DNA from: Vampirovibrionales bacterium
GTDB lineage: Bacteria; Cyanobacteriota; Vampirovibrionia; Vampirovibrionales; JAGQHJ01
Reading direction: 5' to 3'
Assembly (NCBI GenBank): GCA_025449835.1
Contig: JANWIO010000107.1
Coordinates: 7-64,006 of the forward strand
DNA length: 64,000 nt
This document shows positions 9,846 to 20,440 of this stretch, piece after piece. The position numbers and the translations under genes were made by a program. Position 1 is the first letter of the stretch; each line of letters begins with the position of its first letter. The notes below the pieces were generated by a model, which was not told the origin of the DNA, searched no databases, and was given only the letters and a program-made list of their open reading frames with translations.

Positions 9846-10621
9846 AGCGACAAGCATTCTGCATTTGCGCTGCCTTTCTCATGGGCTCTCTCTTGATGCA
9901 CACAGCATTGGCCTTTAACAACAGCCCTGTTGAAGGTATTCATCAAGATCTTCAATCCCAAATGGTCACAGAAGAGCATCAAATTTTGCCGCAGATTGAA
10001 GCATTATGGCGTTCTACCTTACAACGGAATCCTTCTTTACAGATTGCCCTTGAAAAAATTGCTGAAAAGACCGGAAAAGTAAAACCAAAAGACAAAATTG
10101 CCTGGACTGAAAAAATGCTTCAGGGAATCATTCAAATTGGCGGCATTGGGGGCTCCATGCTTGCTTCCAGCCCGGCCCCCCTGGTCGGTAGCACTATTCT
10201 TGGACGAATGACTGCTCCAGACCAATCACCTCAGCGGCTAACCATGGTAACCAGCGCAGATTTGGTTGTTTTAACCCGTGAAATTGAGCAGGTTCAAAGC
10301 CAACTTGTCCTTAACTATCTTCAGTTTCAGCAAGCACAAGATGAAGTTACACAATTAAAATCATCGTTAAGCACTCTGGAAACACAATCCAAGCCAATTT
10401 CTCAAGAATCCCCACAAACAGCCGATATGATTAACGTGATTCTCCTGAATCAAAAGCAAAAGCTTCAGCAAGCAGAAGAAACCGTTCAAACCTACCGAAA
10501 TCTGCTAGTGCTAGCCGCAGGAGACCAAGCCGTCTCACAGGTCGAAAAGTCAACAGCCCGTAGTATAGATGCAGAAAGTCAAGCGCCCTCCCATGCCCCC
10601 TCAAAACAACAAACCCGTTAA
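9842..10621 (+). CDS. Secreted coiled-coil protein with second OMF-like motif
   Basis: Signal peptide (MKRQAFCICAAFLMGSLLMHTALA). Motif LPQIEALWRSTLQRNPSLQIALEKI, then long Gln-rich coiled coil. Translationally coupled to the upstream gene. Confidence 0.4.
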   Translation: MKRQAFCICAAFLMGSLLMHTALAFNNSPVEGIHQDLQSQMVTEEHQILPQIEALWRSTLQRNPSLQIALEKIAEKTGKVKPKDKIAWTEKMLQGIIQIGGIGGSMLASSPAPLVGSTILGRMTAPDQSPQRLTMVTSADLVVLTREIEQVQSQLVLNYLQFQQAQDEVTQLKSSLSTLETQSKPISQESPQTADMINVILLNQKQKLQQAEETVQTYRNLLVLAAGDQAVSQVEKSTARSIDAESQAPSHAPSKQQTR

Positions 10622-11681
10622 AGATAAAAACGCATCGCCAGAAGAATCGCCCATTGATATTATCTCTGTCGGCAGTGCCGTCCAGGACGTATTTGTGAAT
10701 CTTCCTGCAGATTCAGAGCATGCAGCCTTTGTCAGAAGCAATCATCTGTGCATGTCATTAGGCGCTAAGATTAATGTGGACTACCCCTTATTCGAAGTGG
10801 GTGGCGGCGGAACCAATACTGCCGTTAATTTTAGTATTCAAGGGCTCAAAGCGGCTATCCTCTCCCGGATTGCAAATGATAAGGGCGGCGAAGAAGTTTT
10901 AAGCAGGCTTCGCAAGTTCCATGTGAACACTGAATTTTTACAGATTGACAGCAGTAAACGGGCTCGCACCGGAATGTCAATTATCCTCAATGTTCCTGGC
11001 CAGGATAGAACGGTTCTCGTGAATCGCGGCGTGAGCCATATGATTAACTTTGATGAAATCAATTGGAACAGGCTAAGCCTCGCAAAATGGATTTATATTG
11101 GTGCCTTTGGGAGTCGAAACCCAGAAGAAGACTTTGATCGCCTCTCGGATATCGCGTATGAACAAGGAATTAACATGGCCTTTAACCCAGGACTTGCTCA
11201 AATTAAACGCGGCATCAATTCACTGCGGAAAATTATTTCAGAAACAGATATTTTGGTGATGAACCGCACAGAAGCCGCACTTCTGACCTCCTCTTCCAAG
11301 AGCGAACGTGTCACGGTTATTTTGGAGAAACTCAAAGATCTGGGCCCCAAAATTGCCATCGTCACCCATGGCAGGAACGGTGTTTTTGCAGCCGACGATA
11401 AAGGTGCGCGCTACTTTATTTCACCCCTTATCATTGAATCCACCTGTACTTTAGGCGCAGGAGACGCTTTTGCCAGTACCTTTACTGCCTCTGTTATCAA
11501 AGATGGCTGGGATATTCCATTAGGGCTAAAGCGGGCAACAATTAATGCCGCAAATGTGGTCCAAAATCCCGGCGCTCAAATTGGTTTGGAACCTATGGAG
11601 CGCTTAGACGCCTACCTAGAAGACCTACAATTAACCGTAGAAGATCTATCAGCAAGTACGTCAAAGCACTCCCTGATTTAG
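10569..11681 (+). CDS. PfkB-family carbohydrate/nucleoside kinase (ribokinase-like)
   Basis: Ribokinase fold start IDIISVGSAVQDVFV, GG dipeptide (GGGGTNTAVN), and the C-terminal PfkB signature GAGDAF. The start may be the internal Met at 10593. Confidence 0.75.
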   Translation: MQKVKRPPMPPQNNKPVKDKNASPEESPIDIISVGSAVQDVFVNLPADSEHAAFVRSNHLCMSLGAKINVDYPLFEVGGGGTNTAVNFSIQGLKAAILSRIANDKGGEEVLSRLRKFHVNTEFLQIDSSKRARTGMSIILNVPGQDRTVLVNRGVSHMINFDEINWNRLSLAKWIYIGAFGSRNPEEDFDRLSDIAYEQGINMAFNPGLAQIKRGINSLRKIISETDILVMNRTEAALLTSSSKSERVTVILEKLKDLGPKIAIVTHGRNGVFAADDKGARYFISPLIIESTCTLGAGDAFASTFTASVIKDGWDIPLGLKRATINAANVVQNPGAQIGLEPMERLDAYLEDLQLTVEDLSASTSKHSLI

Positions 11682-11698
11682 TTCCAGTTTCTTTGGGC

Positions 11699-12670
11699 TT
11701 ACATCCCGGGTGGAGTATGTTGCATGGCTTGGCCAATACGCTCAACCGCCAAAAGAATCATCGGCCCCAAAGCCACAATAAAGATCCCTGGAAAGAAAAA
11801 GATATAAATTGGTAAAACCATTTTAACTGCGATTTTATTGGCTGCTGCTTCTGCCCGGTGAAGGCGTTTTTGCCGAAGCCCATCCGATTGAACTTTTAAA
11901 GCCTGCACAACACCGGTCCCCATTTCATAGGATTGAATTAACGCATTAACAACAACGTTCAAATCATCTACCCCGGTGCGGTTGGCTAAATCCATTAAGG
12001 CATCTTTTCTGGGTTTTCCCAGGCCAACATCCTTGGTGTAGCGAATGAGTTCTTCTTTTAAATATTCAGAAGTCTGAACCGATTCGGTTCTTGAAATCTT
12101 TGAAATTGCAATATCTAGGCCAAGACCCGCTTCAACACAAACAACAAGCAAGTCTATAAAGTCAGGCAAAGACCTTCGGATACTCATTTGCCTATTAGAA
12201 GCTTTTAAATACAAGACAAACACCGGAATAAAGAAACCTAAGAAGCCTAAAAACAAGGTCATCAAAACAGTCATCACTGTAAACCCTGAACGTGTCAGAA
12301 TGGCAGGCAATATTGTAATCACCAGAGGAAACCCGATGGTGGTCATACAGTGGATGCCCATGAAGGTTTGAACATACTGCGTTTTAAAATAACCGGCCTG
12401 AACTAACTTTTGACGAATCCATGATTTACCGGACAACGGCACCACAAACTGAATTTTATCTGAAATGGTTTGAGCCAGCGGAACAATCACCCGTTGCACA
12501 AAACTGTCATCAAGACTTTTCTGTCTTCCGCTCAGAACTTTTGAAGCAGTTTCTGTATTTAAACTATTCACCCTCGCTTTTACCTGATTTTGGTTCCGGG
12601 TATAAACAAAGCCCACCACAAACATCAATAAGGTTAGAAAAATTAAAGCGCCAAGTACAATCACCTCCAT
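11699..12670 (-). CDS. tadC: Tad pilus inner-membrane platform protein TadC (GspF-like T2SSF domain)
   Basis: 323-aa polytopic protein with T2SS-F-like cytoplasmic domain, last gene of the tad operon. 4-bp gap to tadB. Confidence 0.8.
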   Translation of the reverse strand: MEVIVLGALIFLTLLMFVVGFVYTRNQNQVKARVNSLNTETASKVLSGRQKSLDDSFVQRVIVPLAQTISDKIQFVVPLSGKSWIRQKLVQAGYFKTQYVQTFMGIHCMTTIGFPLVITILPAILTRSGFTVMTVLMTLFLGFLGFFIPVFVLYLKASNRQMSIRRSLPDFIDLLVVCVEAGLGLDIAISKISRTESVQTSEYLKEELIRYTKDVGLGKPRKDALMDLANRTGVDDLNVVVNALIQSYEMGTGVVQALKVQSDGLRQKRLHRAEAAANKIAVKMVLPIYIFFFPGIFIVALGPMILLAVERIGQAMQHTPPGM

Positions 12671-12673
12671 AAT

Positions 12674-13615
12674 TTAGACCTCCAATGTCACAATTTTTTT
12701 GAGAACGACGCCACCAATGGCTTGCCAAAACAGGGCAAATCCAATTAAAAATTGCCCAATGGGGTTATGAGCAAAATGGTCCATGGCAACAGGCATCAAA
12801 AGTGTTAGAATCCCAGCGAGGCCAAAGGGTAACAAAAATACAACCACAGCGGATAGCTTTCCCTGAGCAGAAAGCGCCCCAACTTTACTAATCAGTTTGT
12901 ACCGTTCTCGAATGGTATTGCTTAAATTTTGTAATAAGCCTGCTAAATTACCGCCAGTCTCTTTTTGAATCAAAACAGCCGTAACGAAAAGCGCTACATC
13001 AGGGTTGGGAACACGCTTTGCCAGAGAAAACAGAGCATCGTCCAACGTAGATCCAAAATTCATTTCAGTGGCCACTTTACTCAGCTCAGTCGACCAAGGA
13101 TCTGTAAAGTTCTCCGAAACCACTTGCACAGCCCGACTAAACCCATAGCCAGACTTAAAACAGCTCACCATCATGTCTAAAACATCGGGAAACTGGGCTC
13201 TTGCTTTTTTCATCCGGAACATAATTCTAACCTTCAGGTAAAGTTTAGGCAAAAACAGACCAACAACAGCACAGCCTAATGCGATTAGAAACCCTTTTCC
13301 CATGATGAATGGAAACATAAACCCGAGTAGACAGAATCCCAATGAAATTAAGATAAATTCATTGGGTTTCAACATTAAATTGGCCCGCTCCATGTCCATA
13401 TCCAGCTTTTGCATAAAGGGGCTCTGATCTTTGTTCTTTTTCTTCAAAATAAAATGATGCTGCTGGATGCGCTTGATGTGCTCCGAACGATCCTGCTCAT
13501 CAAACAACTGTTGAACAAATTCACGAGCTTGATCCCGCTTGGCAAAAAAGGTAAAGTATACACCCCCTATGATAAATAAGACGGGAATTGCCGGTATAAA
13601 ATAAATCGGGTTCAT
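12674..13615 (-). CDS. tadB: Tad pilus inner-membrane platform protein TadB
   Basis: 313-aa T2SSF-domain membrane protein between cpaF and tadC. Confidence 0.8.
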   Translation of the reverse strand: MNPIYFIPAIPVLFIIGGVYFTFFAKRDQAREFVQQLFDEQDRSEHIKRIQQHHFILKKKNKDQSPFMQKLDMDMERANLMLKPNEFILISLGFCLLGFMFPFIMGKGFLIALGCAVVGLFLPKLYLKVRIMFRMKKARAQFPDVLDMMVSCFKSGYGFSRAVQVVSENFTDPWSTELSKVATEMNFGSTLDDALFSLAKRVPNPDVALFVTAVLIQKETGGNLAGLLQNLSNTIRERYKLISKVGALSAQGKLSAVVVFLLPFGLAGILTLLMPVAMDHFAHNPIGQFLIGFALFWQAIGGVVLKKIVTLEV

Positions 13616-13660
13616 TTAACTGGTCTCACCTCAATCCATATCCACATATCCAGAGAGTAC

Positions 13661-15103
13661 CTAAAATGTTTCGAACAGGCTTAAATCCAACTTTGCCCCC
13701 GCTGCAATCACTCGCTCCAGGAACTTGGGCCGTACACCGGTATATTTGAATTCACCCAGAATCTTTCCGTTTTCATCAACACCCTCTTGCTTAAACATAA
13801 AAATATCCTGCAAGAGAACAACATCACCTTCCATACCCACAATTTCGGTAATACTCATCACCTTTCTGCTCCCATCGCTTAAGCGACTGGCTTGAACAAT
13901 CACATCAACCGCAGATGCAATTTGTTCCCGAATGGCTCTTTGCGGTAAATCAAACCCAGCCATCATCACCAGCGTTTCTAATCGACGAATTGCATCACGA
14001 GGGGTATTGGCGTGCAAGGTGGTTAAGGAGCCATCATGACCAGTATTCATGGCTTGTAACATATCCAAAGCTTCGCCAGCACGAACCTCCCCAACAACAA
14101 TCCGTTCAGGGCGCATCCGTAGTGAGTTTTTAACCAAATCACGCATGGTTACTTGCCCTTGCCCTTCAATATTGGGAGGGCGAGTTTCCAAGCGAACCAC
14201 ATGTTCTTGCTGAAGCTGAAGCTCAGCAGCATCTTCAATAGTTACGATCCGCTCATCATGGGGAATAAAGCTAGAAACCACGTTTAACAAAGTGGTTTTC
14301 CCTGAACCTGTACCACCTGAGATAATAATATTGAGACGACCATAAACACAGGCCTTTAATACCTCAGCAGCCATTTCAGACAAAGAACCAAAATTAATTA
14401 AATCCTGAACTTTATAGGGATCAGCTGAAAATTTTCGGATGGTTAGCGAAGGCCCATCAATGGCGAGAGGGGGAATAATCACGTTGACCCTGGAACCATC
14501 TTGTAAGCGGGCATCACAAAGCGGGCTACTTTCATCAACCCGGCGGCCAATGCGAGAAACAATCCGGTCAATAATCTGAAGCAGGTGCCGGTCATCCTTA
14601 AACTCCACATCAGTTAAAACAAGCTTGCCTTTGCGCTCAACATAAACTTGCTTGCAGCCATTGACCATAATTTCACTCGTAGATTTGTCTCGTAATAAGG
14701 GCTCCAATGGGCCAAGCCCCATCGTTTCATCTAAAATCTCATCAACAAGACGTTCTCGTTCAACCTGGGTGAGTAAGGTATTTTCTTCCAGTAAAAGTTC
14801 ATTAACCGCCTGCCGAACCTGTTTACGCAGCTCAGTTGGATTAATATCGCTTAATTGGCTGGTATCCATTTCTTCAATCAAACGACGATGGATCTTCACC
14901 CGCAGTTGATCGGATTCATTTTCTTTCTCATTCTTAGCACCATGTCCCATCGAAGCCTGTTCGGCTTTGTGAGTCACAGCAACCTCTGATGAAGCAGTGG
15001 GAGAATAAAGAGTCTCCTGCTTTTGCTCATTCTCTTGATCACCAGCTGTTGAATCAGCAGCAGGCTTTTTGAAGGTTCCCCAGCCTTGCTTTGCTAACGA
15101 CAT
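13661..15103 (-). CDS. cpaF: Tad pilus assembly ATPase CpaF/TadA (VirB11-type secretion ATPase)
   Basis: Walker [13 protein letters not shown], Asp/His boxes, and conserved TadA pattern ([12 protein letters not shown]...[15 protein letters not shown]-like). Confidence 0.9.
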   Translation of the reverse strand: MSLAKQGWGTFKKPAADSTAGDQENEQKQETLYSPTASSEVAVTHKAEQASMGHGAKNEKENESDQLRVKIHRRLIEEMDTSQLSDINPTELRKQVRQAVNELLLEENTLLTQVERERLVDEILDETMGLGPLEPLLRDKSTSEIMVNGCKQVYVERKGKLVLTDVEFKDDRHLLQIIDRIVSRIGRRVDESSPLCDARLQDGSRVNVIIPPLAIDGPSLTIRKFSADPYKVQDLINFGSLSEMAAEVLKACVYGRLNIIISGGTGSGKTTLLNVVSSFIPHDERIVTIEDAAELQLQQEHVVRLETRPPNIEGQGQVTMRDLVKNSLRMRPERIVVGEVRAGEALDMLQAMNTGHDGSLTTLHANTPRDAIRRLETLVMMAGFDLPQRAIREQIASAVDVIVQASRLSDGSRKVMSITEIVGMEGDVVLLQDIFMFKQEGVDENGKILGEFKYTGVRPKFLERVIAAGAKLDLSLFETF

Positions 15104-16335
15104 GCGCTACCTCGCTTTGTGAACCGATCAAATAAACCAACATGTTTCTCAGATTGCTCCTCTGGACGTAAAGCGACCATCACACCCGTGAGCCTTGTAG
15201 CTAACTCTTGAAGCGCTTTAACCAAATCAGAGTTTGGAGAAACAGACTCCAGCGCTTGGCCTAAACTCATTGCCTCCACATTAAGCTGCCAATTATTCGG
15301 CAGACGAGCATAGATTGGATATTTAAATTCTTCTTCAATGCTTTCATTGGAGAGCCCCACCGCTGCTTTCAAATCGCAACGGTTTAAAATCAATTTCACT
15401 TTATTGGGATCCAAATGACGTTTTACCAATTCAATATACTGACGGGTTCGATACAGGCCTGGAATATCCAAAGAAGAGACCAGAAGAACATCATCGCTAT
15501 TCTCGACAAAATATTGATGGTACGGATCAACCACGTGAGTGGGTAGATCAATCACAATATACTGATAATGGGATTTTAAATATGCCATAATACGCTCAAG
15601 GAGCTCTGGTGGAACTAGTGGGTTCTCGTCCAACACGTTTTTACAAGCCACCACCAAATCCACCCCAATTTCATGGTGAATAATAATTTTACTAATCAAA
15701 GCATCATCAATCTCATTAGGATTTTCAGAGACCAAATCAGACACAGCATAACTGGCTTTAAAATTTAACATAACCGCCGTATTCCCAAACACCTGATCCA
15801 TATCAAATATCACAACAGGCTGGCGTGTCACCAGATGAAGCTGATGTGCTAAATTAACGGCAACCGTTGATGTACCAACGCCTCCCTTACTTCCGAACAC
15901 CGAATACGTTTTCGCTTTCGAAGCTTCAATTTCACCTTTTTGGGTTTGAGCCAGTTTTTGCAGAAAGTTCCAATACTTTTCCAATGCTGTTTCTAAAGCA
16001 GCCGGATCTTGCGGATATTGAATGAATTCCTTTACACCACTGGAAACCGCTTTGACAATAATGTTTGGATCGAGTTCCCGGTGTAAACCAAAAACAACCG
16101 TTTTACTCTCAACATTGTAATTAATGACTTCAATAAACAGGCAGGCATCAAGCTCACGCCCGGTGAGATCAATAATCAATAAATCGGGTTTTTGCTTCTG
16201 CCACAAACTTTGCGCGTCAGAAAGCTCCAAGACAACCCCATCAAACTGAATAAAGCTTAACTGCTGAAGTTGCTTTAAAAGCTTTGAACGGGTTTCTTCA
16301 GAGCTAGCAACAGCTATAACACGTAACGGATTCAT
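15094..16335 (-). CDS. cpaE: CpaE/TadZ-like pilus assembly protein (receiver-like N-domain + MinD/ParA-type ATPase domain)
   Basis: N-terminal CheY-like fold ([14 protein letters not shown]...LLIIDL), then a deviant Walker A ([10 protein letters not shown]) characteristic of the CpaE family. It overlaps cpaF. Confidence 0.75.
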   Translation of the reverse strand: MNPLRVIAVASSEETRSKLLKQLQQLSFIQFDGVVLELSDAQSLWQKQKPDLLIIDLTGRELDACLFIEVINYNVESKTVVFGLHRELDPNIIVKAVSSGVKEFIQYPQDPAALETALEKYWNFLQKLAQTQKGEIEASKAKTYSVFGSKGGVGTSTVAVNLAHQLHLVTRQPVVIFDMDQVFGNTAVMLNFKASYAVSDLVSENPNEIDDALISKIIIHHEIGVDLVVACKNVLDENPLVPPELLERIMAYLKSHYQYIVIDLPTHVVDPYHQYFVENSDDVLLVSSLDIPGLYRTRQYIELVKRHLDPNKVKLILNRCDLKAAVGLSNESIEEEFKYPIYARLPNNWQLNVEAMSLGQALESVSPNSDLVKALQELATRLTGVMVALRPEEQSEKHVGLFDRFTKRGSACR

Positions 16336-16620
16336 ATCCCAACCCCCATGACCATAAGGGGGGTGTTACGCAGTAGCCTTCTCAAATATTGTCTTGAACG
16401 TTCCACTGGTTTCCTTAACGGTTTTGCTGGTTACTTCCTCATTTAACATACATATCGACAGGATAATGATTTTCTTTACGACATTTTGCAAAACTCATCC
16501 TTTGGGATAACCGTTGGAATTCATTTTCGTTCAAAATAAAGCCAACACCTCTTTTTAGATGAATTTTTCACTCATCCCTCATCAGCAGCATTTGTAAAGA
16601 AATAAGTCCTCCAGGGTGAA

Positions 16621-19266
16621 TTAATTGTTATTCCATGTCAGTAATCGAGAGAGACTTTTTTCAAACATTTTTACATTATGGGCGATAAATTGCCGGGTTT
16701 GCGCTTGAACTGAAACATTATCCTCATGTTCCACCCTTTTATGAGGCTTCTCTCCAAGGACCTGCTTTTCTCGGGGCTTTGTCGGATGCTTTTGATTGTT
16801 CAACACAGGTTTGGGTGGCAATGAGGAAACCTCCTTCTTGGAGTGATGTTTTGCCGTCAGAGACTGTTTTCCATGAAGCGGTTGGAAAGCAACCTTTTTT
16901 AAGGGCACCTTATGCAGACTTACTGTTGCATGCTTACTTAAAACCGCCTTATTAATGGTTGCTTGAGGGGGTAAAGGGACAGGCGGATCATTGCTAACAT
17001 CAGTATCTTCTTCAATTACAGTTTGGGATGATTGAAGATGATTCATTAATTGCTCTAATTCATTTTTTTGATAATCCAGGGTCTGGTTATCAATGGCTGG
17101 TTTGTCATTTCCAAAAGAAGATACTGGCTTTGAAGCAGAGGGCTTAGCGTTAACAGATTTCTCATCGAGCTTTAACATTTTCACATCCACTTTTTCAGTA
17201 GAAGTAGGCCCATTTGTAAGCTTTTGAGAAAGGGCCTCATCCGCTTTTTGCTCTTTTTTCACTTCTTTCAAAAACGCCTTTGGATTTTTCTTCTGCAAAG
17301 ATCTTAACTGCGCCGCCAACTCTGTTGGAGAAAGTGATTTCACTTGGCTATCTGGAGAGATTGTTTTGGTACTGATAACCTTAAAGGTTTTAACAACGGG
17401 CGTATTGGACGCTTCAGAGGATGAGGTTGTTTGATAACTCGGTGTCCCATAATCCTCTGACGTTTTTTGAGGGGCAGCTCCGCTGCTGTTTTCAGGTGGT
17501 AAATCCATATCCCAAACAATCTCTGGGTGAATCACAATGATCAACTCCGAGCGGCTCCGTTGAAAAGCACGGCTTCGGAATAACGCACCCAGAATAGGAA
17601 TTTGCCCCAATAGCGGCGTTTTATTATAGACATCATTCATATTATCATTGTATAAACCACTTAGGACAAAGTTATCACCGTTGTGCATTTCTACGACTGT
17701 CTCACTTCGTCGTGTTTTTAACCCTGGCACACTAAAGCCACTCACCGTAATCCCAGCAGCGGGATCCAAAGTACTCACTTCAGGACTCACCTGCATATGA
17801 ATGGTTCCACGATCGGTTACAGTGCTGAGGACATTCAGACGAATCCCGAATTCTTTGAACATCACACTGGCACTTCCTGTTGTACTCAGCAAGGGAATCG
17901 GGAACTCCCCACCTGCCAGGAATGAGGCAGGTTCACCGCTAATACTGGTGATTGTGGGCTCTGCCAATACTTTTGCCCGCCCTGTGGTAACAAGACCGGC
18001 GAGAACCGTGGCAAAGTTGCTGTTATACTGAACCCCTAATTCACCTTGATTGGTACCGTTAACCTGATTCATAAAGGAGGAAATCGTGGTAAAAAGGGTA
18101 TCTGTTCCACCAACTAAGCCGTGCCCCAAGCTCCCGGCATAGCTCTGTGCCCGAACGTTTTTAGAGAAGTAGCTCGTTGCAGCTTGGTAGCTTTTATCAT
18201 CCGTTTTGTCCACTTCCAAAAACTTAATCGAGCATCGAATTTCCGGCCGCTCTTCAACTTGGAGCATGCTCACCACATTTCCAGAACCATCTGTAAGAAC
18301 AGACCCGTGGAGGACATTATTAGAGAAATTGCTCATAAGTTCTCCACCAGTTCCTGCCGTAAAACCACCTGTTGCCGATGAAGATGTTGAACTGGAGGAA
18401 CTATCTGGAACAATATTTCCACCAGGCCCTGTTAACACTTTAATGCCAGGCGTTCCATAAAAGACGCTGGTTAAATTAATAGCCTTGGAAACCATAGAGG
18501 CATTACGAACTCGCCCGGTTAAAATGGCTTTTTCCTTGCCACCATACCCCGGAACAACATCCAATTTAATGCGAGGATCAATTCTTTTGAGCTGCTCTTG
18601 AACCATTTCGGCTTTGGTTTGGGGCTGCCCCATAATTCGAATCAGATTGATAATCTTGGGTGAACCAGCAGACATGGTAGAACTTCCTGGAGAGTTACTG
18701 CTTAATGGCTGACCGCTGCTGGCTCCCCCCTTGTCGCTTGTAAAATACGCCTGGGTTAAATCATAAGCCAGTTGTGCTTTCTCTATGGATTCGGCCACGC
18801 CGGTTAAAATTACCGAGTCATCTGCCGCCACTGGAATAATATTAATACCGGGATCAATCATCTGAATTTTATCTGCCAATGCAGCAACATCTCGATGCAC
18901 AGCCAAATCAATGGTGAGAAAGTTTTGCCCTGTTCCTTTGGTCCATACCAACAAATTGGCCGCCCCAATCGCTTTACCAATCAATTCAATTTCTTTCGGA
19001 CTAATCAACACCACACCAACGGTTTGTGGATCACTAATCGAGACACGGGTTGCCGGAGAACTGAGATGAATTACTTTTGCTTTCCCCATCGTGAGTTCCA
19101 AGTGACTGTTGTTTTGAGCAATTGCGGTCTTAAAGATAGGAATATCCGGGGAGATTTGTTGTTGATCTTGCGCCATTGCCAACGGAGCTAGCATTGGTCC
19201 AAAGCCAAGCATCAAGCTCATCGCCAACGCTATTAATCTTTTATTCATGGAACTGCAACTCCTCAC
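16621..19266 (-). CDS. cpaC: Tad secretin CpaC/RcpA with long low-complexity C-terminal extension
   Basis: Signal peptide, then a secretin domain (…GGEFPIPL…GIRLNVL…LLGQIPILGALFRS…). The ~280 C-terminal residues are Lys/Pro/Ser/Gln-rich and domain-free. 881 aa against about 450-560 for typical CpaC. Confidence 0.85.
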   Translation of the reverse strand: MRSCSSMNKRLIALAMSLMLGFGPMLAPLAMAQDQQQISPDIPIFKTAIAQNNSHLELTMGKAKVIHLSSPATRVSISDPQTVGVVLISPKEIELIGKAIGAANLLVWTKGTGQNFLTIDLAVHRDVAALADKIQMIDPGINIIPVAADDSVILTGVAESIEKAQLAYDLTQAYFTSDKGGASSGQPLSSNSPGSSTMSAGSPKIINLIRIMGQPQTKAEMVQEQLKRIDPRIKLDVVPGYGGKEKAILTGRVRNASMVSKAINLTSVFYGTPGIKVLTGPGGNIVPDSSSSSTSSSATGGFTAGTGGELMSNFSNNVLHGSVLTDGSGNVVSMLQVEERPEIRCSIKFLEVDKTDDKSYQAATSYFSKNVRAQSYAGSLGHGLVGGTDTLFTTISSFMNQVNGTNQGELGVQYNSNFATVLAGLVTTGRAKVLAEPTITSISGEPASFLAGGEFPIPLLSTTGSASVMFKEFGIRLNVLSTVTDRGTIHMQVSPEVSTLDPAAGITVSGFSVPGLKTRRSETVVEMHNGDNFVLSGLYNDNMNDVYNKTPLLGQIPILGALFRSRAFQRSRSELIIVIHPEIVWDMDLPPENSSGAAPQKTSEDYGTPSYQTTSSSEASNTPVVKTFKVISTKTISPDSQVKSLSPTELAAQLRSLQKKNPKAFLKEVKKEQKADEALSQKLTNGPTSTEKVDVKMLKLDEKSVNAKPSASKPVSSFGNDKPAIDNQTLDYQKNELEQLMNHLQSSQTVIEEDTDVSNDPPVPLPPQATINKAVLSKHATVSLHKVPLKKVAFQPLHGKQSLTAKHHSKKEVSSLPPKPVLNNQKHPTKPREKQVLGEKPHKRVEHEDNVSVQAQTRQFIAHNVKMFEKSLSRLLTWNNN

Positions 19267-19353
19267 CTTGTCTCAAAATAACTCTCACACGATTGATATG
19301 TATTATCCGAATCCGTAGAACATAGCCTGTTTTTAGACCCTCAATTGCCTCAT

Positions 19354-20433
19354 TTAAAACGAAACACTGTTTTTCTCCGTTCCTTCAATCAATTGAACAT
19401 CTGTTGACGTTACCGCAAATGATTTTGGCGGTGTTTTAGCAGGAGGGGGAGATGACATTTTATCAGGTGGAAGCATTCCTGCATCATTCAACCCCGGTCC
19501 AATACCCGAAGAGGAATCTACCACCTTGTTCAAAATATCCTTCAATGGAAAAAAGTCATTACTAATGGCGCCCAAGAGATGCGGTTGCGTCCGATCATTG
19601 TAGGCCCTTAATGACAATGTTAACCGTGCTTTTGCATCGGCGTATGCAAGTTTTTCTGCCTGGTCAGGTGTCACAGCCAGGGTAACTGAAGAAACAACCG
19701 TTGCCTTCATCGAATTTTCGGAATTTGACGGTTTAGGGGAGGGAGAAGCAGCAGCAGTTTTAGTGGCATTTCCACCTTCACTGTGAACGCTCTGCGCCAT
19801 AAAGTCCTTTTTATTATACATTTGCTGCGCAGTCGCCAGCACTTTGACATCTTGTAAAACGGTCTGCGTAACATCAACATTGTCTTGCAAAAGAAGCCCA
19901 GACTTCCCGGCAATGGCTTTTTGAGTTGACTCAGGAATTTGAAAGTTAAACGTCCCAATAATATCCACATGATCGCCGGGCTTAATAAATCCTGCAACAT
20001 CTTTACTCTCACTGACCAAGATGGTCATAGCCCGATACCCATCCGGAATCACAACCGGTAAACCACCTTGAGCCTGTCCGCCTGCTAAATTAGGATTAAA
20101 AACGGGCTCTCCAGAAAAAATTTCATGCTTCACCGCCCGACCAATCAAATTATCAGAGGATTGAAACACATTCCCATCTGGATAATGGTTTTCTGGCCAA
20201 TCAACCACTTTAATACTTTTGGCACTAACCACTTCGCCCGGTAGCAAATCTTGTGTTGCAACAACCAACGGCTTGGTTTCGGTATTTTCAGCTTTTACGG
20301 GTGATTTTTGAGAGACCATACTTTTAAACACAAAAACAGTCAGAATCGTACTGACAATTGCAAGTATGATAAAAACCTGCCCCATATTAAGGCGCCTTAA
20401 CCTGGGGCCCCCGGAACTTGGTCGTGAACTCAT
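19354..20433 (-). CDS. cpaB: Flp pilus assembly protein CpaB/RcpC
   Basis: N-terminal TM anchor, SAF-like domain pattern, position directly upstream of the secretin. C-terminal Pro/Ser-rich tail. Confidence 0.8.
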   Translation of the reverse strand: MSSRPSSGGPRLRRLNMGQVFIILAIVSTILTVFVFKSMVSQKSPVKAENTETKPLVVATQDLLPGEVVSAKSIKVVDWPENHYPDGNVFQSSDNLIGRAVKHEIFSGEPVFNPNLAGGQAQGGLPVVIPDGYRAMTILVSESKDVAGFIKPGDHVDIIGTFNFQIPESTQKAIAGKSGLLLQDNVDVTQTVLQDVKVLATAQQMYNKKDFMAQSVHSEGGNATKTAAASPSPKPSNSENSMKATVVSSVTLAVTPDQAEKLAYADAKARLTLSLRAYNDRTQPHLLGAISNDFFPLKDILNKVVDSSSGIGPGLNDAGMLPPDKMSSPPPAKTPPKSFAVTSTDVQLIEGTEKNSVSF

Positions 20434-20440
20434 CGTAACG

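Noticed and set aside
17801-19191. Several 76-98-aa plus-strand ORFs inside the secretin gene
   Set aside because: Fully embedded antisense to a well-supported 881-aa CDS. No expression signals.
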